Shown here piece by piece: positions 58,799-64,000 of a stretch of DNA of 64,000 nt. The DNA lies in contig JAJTIC010000016.1 of the NCBI GenBank assembly GCA_021300175.1, forward strand, positions 17,000 through 80,999, in the 5' to 3' direction. The notes under the pieces were generated by a model that did no database searches, was not told where the DNA came from, and was given only the letters and a program-made list of their open reading frames with translations. The position numbers were made by a program, and so were the translations under genes. The stretch is from Pseudomonadota bacterium. GTDB taxonomy: Bacteria > Bdellovibrionota > Bdellovibrionia > Bdellovibrionales > Bdellovibrionaceae. Each line of letters begins with the position of its first letter. Positions within the stretch are counted from its first letter, which is position 1.

Positions 58799-59814
58799 AA
58801 GTCGGAATTTTCGGCGGGAGCTTTAATCCCCCACACTTAGGTCATTTAAACAGCATGCAAATTGTTCTCAAGAAGTTGGGACTTTCGAAAATCCACATGG
58901 TTCCAGCTTATCAAAATCCCCTGAAGCTAAAAACAGAGGGGCCGGCTCCAGAACAAAGATTGGAAATGTCTAAGCTGGCAGTTTCCTCTTGGGGATCTCA
59001 ATTTGAAGTGAACGACATTGAGATTCGCCGAGGCGGCAAATCCTTTACCATTGATACCATCAAAGAATTTAGAAAATCTATCGAAGCTGAAGACCTTTAT
59101 CTGATCGTAGGAATGGACAAGTGGGAAGAGCTTGAAGCTTGGAAAGATCTGAAAGGTCTTCTTACCGAAGCGAACTTAATTGTAACCTCTCGACCGGGCT
59201 TTGATTTTCCCGAAAGCGTTGAAAGTCTTCCGCCCACGATCAAATCATTGGTTGAGGAATTCGATTTCAATTTTATTGAACTTAAAACCGGTCGCAATAT
59301 CCAATTCGTAAAACTCAATGACTTAGAAATTTCTGGGACAGAGCTGAGGAAGCATCTTCGAAATGGAAAAAATGTTGAGAAGTACATCCCCCTTGGAGTT
59401 GAGTCTTATATCAAGGCAAATAAGCTCTACAGAAATTTGGGCGATCGAATCGGTGACTACTTAAAATTCACGGAGTTTTGCTCACAAAAACTTTTCGAAA
59501 AGAAAGCGATTCAAGTGAAGGCTTTCGATCTTCGAAAAATGTCCGCGCCCTCAGAGTTCACCATTGTTGCATCGGGAACAAGCACTCGTCATACGGCTTC
59601 TTTAGCAGAGAACTTGATGATGTCCGTTAAAGAAGAGTACGGATTGTATCCACAAAGTATTGAGGGCGTTGATGAAGGTCGCTGGGTGGTTGTGGATTAT
59701 GGATCCCTGATCGTCCACGTATTCTATGATTTTATTCGACAAGAATATTCCATCGAAAACCTGTGGAAAGAGGGAATTGATCTGCAAGTGAAAGACCCCA
59801 CGCTCGAGAAATAA
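58795..59814 (+). CDS. nadD: Fusion protein: nicotinate-nucleotide adenylyltransferase (NadD) plus ribosomal silencing factor RsfS (Iojap)
   Basis: Single uninterrupted ORF 58795-59814 (339 aa). The N-terminal ~215 aa carry GIFGGSFNPPHLGHL (NadD). The C-terminal ~115 aa (KAIQVKAFDLRKMSAPSEFTIVASGTSTRHTASLAENL...GRWVVVDYGSLIVHVFYDFIRQEYSIENLW) are RsfS-like. Confidence 0.85.
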   Translation: MKVGIFGGSFNPPHLGHLNSMQIVLKKLGLSKIHMVPAYQNPLKLKTEGPAPEQRLEMSKLAVSSWGSQFEVNDIEIRRGGKSFTIDTIKEFRKSIEAEDLYLIVGMDKWEELEAWKDLKGLLTEANLIVTSRPGFDFPESVESLPPTIKSLVEEFDFNFIELKTGRNIQFVKLNDLEISGTELRKHLRNGKNVEKYIPLGVESYIKANKLYRNLGDRIGDYLKFTEFCSQKLFEKKAIQVKAFDLRKMSAPSEFTIVASGTSTRHTASLAENLMMSVKEEYGLYPQSIEGVDEGRWVVVDYGSLIVHVFYDFIRQEYSIENLWKEGIDLQVKDPTLEK

Positions 59815-59816
59815 GC

Positions 59817-60287
59817 TTGAAAGTTGTTCTACTCACTTGTCAGTCTGCACATGAAAAATGGTCTCAGATCTCTTCGGACCTCTACACTCAGAAGATCTCG
59901 GCTTTTGTGAATTTTGAAATTGTTCGCAAAGTTCCAAAAAAGAACTCTCGAGAAAATGCAGATCAGAAGAAAAAGAGTGATTCTGAGCTCTTGCTCAGTG
60001 CTCTGAAGTCTGATGACTATGTGGTGCTTTTCGATGAGCGAGGCCTGTCTTTCAGCTCTGAAGAGTTTGCCAAAAAAATTGAGATCGCTCAAAACTCTGG
60101 AAAAAAGAGGGTTGTTTTTGTTATCGGAGGATCTTTTGGTGTGTCCGATGAATTAAAGAAAAGAGCGCAACTGACCGTGTCACTTTCTAAAATGGTCCTC
60201 AATCATTTGGTCGCAGAAGTCGTCTCACTCGAACAGATTTATCGAGCATACACAATTCTGAGGCACATTCCTTATCATAATCACTAG
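59817..60287 (+). CDS. rlmH: 23S rRNA (pseudouridine1915-N3)-methyltransferase RlmH
   Basis: ORF 59817-60287 with a TTG start. SPOUT-type C-terminus VFVIGGSFGVSDELKKRAQLTVSLSKMVLNHLVAEVVSLEQIYRAYTILRHIPYH. It holds the conserved position after rsfS. Confidence 0.9.
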   Translation: MKVVLLTCQSAHEKWSQISSDLYTQKISAFVNFEIVRKVPKKNSRENADQKKKSDSELLLSALKSDDYVVLFDERGLSFSSEEFAKKIEIAQNSGKKRVVFVIGGSFGVSDELKKRAQLTVSLSKMVLNHLVAEVVSLEQIYRAYTILRHIPYHNH

Positions 60288-60322
60288 AAATCAAGGCATG
60301 AATTTCTCACCGGAATTCCGGT

Positions 60323-60943
60323 ATGATCAGAGAATGCTTCCATTGCCATCAGTTTGTGATTTCACGTACGTGCTGCGGATACTGCTTCAAAAAGCTCTCA
60401 AGCTGCGCAAATCCTCGCGTAGGATTTTTGGAGAACTCAGGAATTCTCGCTTCTTCTCTATATATCTGGCGTCCCAATGAGTCATCGATGCTCAATGCTT
60501 TCATCAAGCATCAAAAAGAAAGATCATCTGAGCGTCTTCTCAAACAATTAATTGAAAGGACGCTTTCGTTCGAAATGAAAAGTCGACTTCACGAGACTGA
60601 AGCCCTTATCCCGGTTCCACCAAAAGTGCCAGGTCAGCAGGACCATGCTTTTCGCATTGCTAAAGTCCTCTCAGAATTGATGGGAAAGCCAATCGTTATG
60701 CCGCTCAGATCAAAATCTGCTTCCCCACAAAAGAGGCTGAGTAAGACAGACCGTAAAGCCATTGCCTTTGAGAAGATTCCTGTAAATTTTGCAAATCATC
60801 ATCGGCTGACTCTGGTTGATGACGTCATAACAACCGGTCAGACGATGAATGCCATGGTCGCCGCCCTTGAAGGTGTGCAGAAGTTTCACTTGTTCTCTCT
60901 CGCCCAGAGAGTGCTCATTGATCCAACCAGAGATAAGTGTTAG
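60323..60943 (+). CDS. comF: ComF family phosphoribosyltransferase-domain protein
   Basis: ORF 60323-60943. N-terminal Cys cluster CFHCHQ...CCGYC and the PRTase motif LTLVDDVITTGQT. Confidence 0.75.
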   Translation: MIRECFHCHQFVISRTCCGYCFKKLSSCANPRVGFLENSGILASSLYIWRPNESSMLNAFIKHQKERSSERLLKQLIERTLSFEMKSRLHETEALIPVPPKVPGQQDHAFRIAKVLSELMGKPIVMPLRSKSASPQKRLSKTDRKAIAFEKIPVNFANHHRLTLVDDVITTGQTMNAMVAALEGVQKFHLFSLAQRVLIDPTRDKC

Positions 60944-60973
60944 AAAAGTCTCAACATTTTCTCCTAGGATCAT

Positions 60974-61618
60974 ATGGTTAAGTGCATATTCTGTTTCGTC
61001 CTCATTTTTACAATGCCACTGCTTGCGAGCGTGGATATCTCTGCTCTGGAATCTGTCAACCAAAGATATCGCCAGTCGGGAATGGTCTCAATGAATTTGC
61101 GGCAAACAGTGTCTTCAGAGCTTTTAGGAACTGAAACAATCAGCCTTGGGAAAGTTTATGTAGCTCAAGGCAAATTCCGACTTGTTCTGAGCGAACCCAC
61201 AAAATCACTCATTGTGTTTGATGGTGAGAAAATTTGGAATGAGCAACATCCACCTCAAGGCATCAAAGGGGAGATTCAATATACTTCAACTAAGATTGAG
61301 AAAAAAAATCGCGGGCAATTACTGATTGGCCAGTTGATGTCGAAGGATCCGATCACGAAAAGTTTTAAAATTTCCGACGTTAAAAAGGAATCCGATCTTC
61401 TGAAGTACACGGCGATTCCAACAACGAGTGATTTAGTGATTAATCAGATTGTCATTTCCATCAATCCAAAGACGAAAGAAATAATTGCAATCCAGTATAA
61501 AGACGAGCTTGCGAATTTGACAAAGTATGAATTCTCTAAGGTTCAGTTTTCTAAGAAATCAACAGCAGCACTTTTTAAATATCAGCCGCCAAAGAACGCG
61601 AAGGAAGTTAAGTTATGA
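60974..61618 (+). CDS. Putative LolA-like outer-membrane lipoprotein carrier / periplasmic protein
   Basis: ORF 60974-61618. Signal peptide MVKCIFCFVLIFTMPLLASV. Its size and beta-rich pattern (GKVYVAQGKFRLVLSEPTKSLIVFDGEKIWN) resemble the LolA/LolB-fold. The family call is tentative. Confidence 0.45.
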   Translation: MVKCIFCFVLIFTMPLLASVDISALESVNQRYRQSGMVSMNLRQTVSSELLGTETISLGKVYVAQGKFRLVLSEPTKSLIVFDGEKIWNEQHPPQGIKGEIQYTSTKIEKKNRGQLLIGQLMSKDPITKSFKISDVKKESDLLKYTAIPTTSDLVINQIVISINPKTKEIIAIQYKDELANLTKYEFSKVQFSKKSTAALFKYQPPKNAKEVKL

Positions 61619-63018
61619 GTCAGACCACTCAAGTCGATAATAAGAAAGTTCATTTCATCAGTCTTGGTTGCCCTAAGAATCTGGTCGACTCTGAGATTAT
61701 GGCAGGAACTTTGATGAAAGATGGTTTTGAAGTTGTTTCTGATGCTGCAGGAGCTGACACAGTTATCGTGAACACTTGTGGTTTCATCGAAGACTCAAAG
61801 AAAGAATCTATTCAGCGCATTTTAGACATGGGACAGCTTAAAGAACAGGGTGCTATCAAAAGACTTGTGGTCGCAGGCTGCTTGACTCAAAGATATAAAA
61901 ACGACCTCGTGGAAGGTTTACCTGAGGCGGATCTTTTCGTGGGATCTGGCGAGTTTCAGAACATTTCAAAGATATTAAAAAGCCACGATCAAGGGGAAGC
62001 TAAGAAAACATATTTCAATTTGCCGACTTATCTTCAAGAAGAGTTAACTCCTAGAGTCAACTCACAGCCGAAGCATAGAGCCTATCTGAAAATTTCTGAA
62101 GGCTGCATGAAGAGATGTTCATTTTGTGCAATTCCCTTGATCAGAGGTAACTTGCAGTCTCGCAACTTGAAGAATGTCCTCAACGAAGCAAAACTTTTGG
62201 TGGCTGGAGGAGTTAAGGAGCTAGTTATTATCAGTCATGACTTCACAGATTATGGTTGGGATTTAAAGAGAAAGAACACCGCCGCGATTGAAAGTCCATA
62301 TGAGTTATTGAAAGTTCTGTCTGAAGAATCTGGAGCTCAGTGGATTCGCCTTCTCTACTTATATCCGGACGGAATCACTCTGGAGATGGTTCAGCTCATC
62401 AAGAAATCTAGGAATTTAGTAAAGTACTTTGATATGCCTCTTCAGCATGTGAATAATGAGATGTTGAAGCTTATGAATCGAAAAATGACCCGACAGGAAA
62501 TACAATCGGTTCTTAATAACATCCGCGAAGAAATTCCAGAGGCAGTCATTCGCACCCAGTTCATTGTAGGATTTCCTGGCGAAACAGAAGAAGCATTCCA
62601 GGAATTGTTGGAATTCATTAAGTTGAATCGTTTTGATCGCGTGGGCTGCTTTAAATATTCTCCCGAGGAAAATACCCCAGGGGGTAAAATGGAGAATCAG
62701 ATCGATGAAGAGACCAAGCAGCGCCGCTATGATGCTGTGATGTCATTGGCTCAACAGATTTCACTAGAGAAGCATCAAGCGATGGTCGGACAAACCATTG
62801 AGGTTTTAGTCGAAGGCTACAGCGATGAAACAGATTTGCTTTTGCAGGGGAGGTCCTCTCAGCAAGCACCTGAAATCGATGGTTATGTTCTGATCAATGA
62901 TGGACAAGCAAACGTCGGAGACATTGTTAAAGTGAAAGTCACTGAAAGTATGGAATATGACTTGATCGGTGAAATTGTGACTGAAGACACTTCAGACCTC
63001 AGAGATTTATTGAGATGA
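61615..63018 (+). CDS. rimO: Ribosomal protein S12 methylthiotransferase RimO
   Basis: ORF 61615-63018. MTTase N-terminal Cys residues (SLGCPKN, NTCGFI), radical SAM motif CMKRCSFCAIP, and a C-terminal TRAM domain. Confidence 0.93.
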   Translation: MSQTTQVDNKKVHFISLGCPKNLVDSEIMAGTLMKDGFEVVSDAAGADTVIVNTCGFIEDSKKESIQRILDMGQLKEQGAIKRLVVAGCLTQRYKNDLVEGLPEADLFVGSGEFQNISKILKSHDQGEAKKTYFNLPTYLQEELTPRVNSQPKHRAYLKISEGCMKRCSFCAIPLIRGNLQSRNLKNVLNEAKLLVAGGVKELVIISHDFTDYGWDLKRKNTAAIESPYELLKVLSEESGAQWIRLLYLYPDGITLEMVQLIKKSRNLVKYFDMPLQHVNNEMLKLMNRKMTRQEIQSVLNNIREEIPEAVIRTQFIVGFPGETEEAFQELLEFIKLNRFDRVGCFKYSPEENTPGGKMENQIDEETKQRRYDAVMSLAQQISLEKHQAMVGQTIEVLVEGYSDETDLLLQGRSSQQAPEIDGYVLINDGQANVGDIVKVKVTESMEYDLIGEIVTEDTSDLRDLLR

Positions 63019-63545
63019 CCTGCTACGGATTTTGTCTTTTTCGGTCCCAGGCAGCAGGTTATTTTGCTCTGAATTCACTTTTTCGCCAAGGTGATCACCT
63101 AAAGCTGATAGAGCATCTGGATTTGGGCGGGGACTCTGCTATTATCTTTCAAGGCGATTATGATCATGTTCAAAGGTACTTGCTGAACTTGCGACATGGA
63201 GATCTTAAGCGTACCAGCCTAGTGAAGGATCTATCTGAGTCATTGGTCAAATGCTACTTTAGTTTGGAATTTAATCCTCCCGGTAAGCATCTTTTGATTA
63301 TAGAAAGTGATTTCGTCGGTGACCTTTTCGTTTGGTCTAATGAGTTTGTGCAATTGGGAGCTCTTCCCGTAGAATTTCGATTCCCTAAGTACTCTGGAAG
63401 CCAAGGGCTTGTTATTTTAACTTCTGATGTAACTGAGCCTTTTCAAGAAACTTATCGCAAAGCCAAGAGTGAACGAATCAAAATAACAGCCATTCAAAAC
63501 ATAGCTCCGGGATTAGCAAGTTTCTTAGATATACAAAAGAGTTGA
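63015..63545 (+). CDS. Hypothetical protein with internal duplication (two BMC-like alpha/beta halves?)
   Basis: ORF 63015-63545. Its ATG overlaps the rimO stop (ATGA). Two ~85-aa halves share the pattern hydrophobic strand / helix / G-rich turn / GD[YV]xx[VF] / final strand. See the findings list. Confidence 0.55.
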   Translation: MTCYGFCLFRSQAAGYFALNSLFRQGDHLKLIEHLDLGGDSAIIFQGDYDHVQRYLLNLRHGDLKRTSLVKDLSESLVKCYFSLEFNPPGKHLLIIESDFVGDLFVWSNEFVQLGALPVEFRFPKYSGSQGLVILTSDVTEPFQETYRKAKSERIKITAIQNIAPGLASFLDIQKS

Positions 63546-63546
63546 T

Positions 63547-64000
63547 TTAGCCGCCACAACGATCGATCTCTTTTTCAAACTTTCTTAAGACAGCTTGAGA
63601 TTTGTTTTGAATCCTCAGTGTATTTGCAGCTTTGCGAAAGTGGGGCATCAAGAGTCTCTGGAGAGTCACACTGGATTTGCAATGCTTAGAAAAAACAGAA
63701 ATTACTTCGTCAAATTTTTGTAGTTCAAAGGCAGTGTTTCCATACCCGATCATAGCACGACTGTCATTTTTGTCTAATTCATACGCGGCTTTATAGTAGC
63801 TATAGGCGGTTACGAAGTCTTTCTTACTTTCAAGGTGCTGAGCTAAAGTGATTTGTGCCAGAAAGGAATCAGGGAAGTCATCAGCCGCCTTTCTGAGGCT
63901 GGCATCTGTCTTATTCAGGTCCCCAGTGTCTCGGTACATGAGTCCTAGGTAAACATAAGGAATCGGATTTCCCTTATCTAGCTGGAGACTTCGATTGCAA
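63547..64000 (-). CDS. TPR-repeat protein (5-prime end outside the window)
   Basis: ORF 63547-63939. By manual translation the frame stays open to the window end (…CNRSLQLDKGNPIPYVYLGLMYRDTGDL). TPR-like repeats are present (AYSYYKAAYELDKNDSRAMIGYGNTAFEL). Confidence 0.6.
   Translation of the reverse strand, partial: CNRSLQLDKGNPIPYVYLGLMYRDTGDLNKTDASLRKAADDFPDSFLAQITLAQHLESKKDFVTAYSYYKAAYELDKNDSRAMIGYGNTAFELQKFDEVISVFSKHCKSSVTLQRLLMPHFRKAANTLRIQNKSQAVLRKFEKEIDRCGG

Overview
This window looks like an origin-proximal stretch of core chromosome. Almost every gene is a recognisable housekeeping gene, and the coding density is high.

Gene order, left to right:
- rpmH-rnpA-yidD-yidC-jag-mnmE-mnmG-rsmG, an opposite-strand lipoprotein gene flanked by two parS-type palindromes, then parA-parB-bactofilin.
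- An F1Fo ATP synthase operon with b-prime, b, delta, alpha, gamma, beta and epsilon, but no a or c subunit.
- A GH3 hydrolase, an outer-membrane protein and mfd.
- A membrane-arm-only complex I cluster, nuoA-H-J-K-L-M-N.
- A patatin-like lipase, a small HTH/coiled-coil protein and lon.
- Two DksA/TraR paralogues, a TPR/PBP lipoprotein, a type II J-protein, grpE and hemW.
- A double-length M16 peptidase and the tat genes.
- A three-gene acyl-CoA carboxylase operon, asnS and an S8 protease.
- A deoC-deoA-PNP operon, pilT, rng and dinB.
- rplU-rpmA-obg-nadD/rsfS-rlmH, comF, a LolA-like protein, rimO, a hypothetical protein and a truncated TPR gene.

Synteny and protein flavour tentatively suggest a Bdellovibrio-like (Bdellovibrionota) genome of moderate GC by eye. 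I cannot verify this without a database.

I saw no rRNA, tRNA, CRISPR array, transposase, integrase, prophage or recognisable defence operon. I also see no convincing discrete new multi-gene system.

The points most worth a second look:
- The 19-nt parS direct repeat that exactly brackets the lipoprotein gene.
- The bactofilin gene translationally coupled to parB.
- The nuo cluster that lacks all peripheral-arm genes.
- A hypothetical protein coupled to rimO whose two halves resemble tandem BMC-type domains.
- A Cys-poor DksA paralogue beside a Cys4 one.
- A sigma32-like promoter in front of a grpE/J-protein/lipoprotein operon that lacks dnaK and hrcA.
- An L21 protein with a Lys/Ala-rich tail.
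- A NadD-RsfS fusion.
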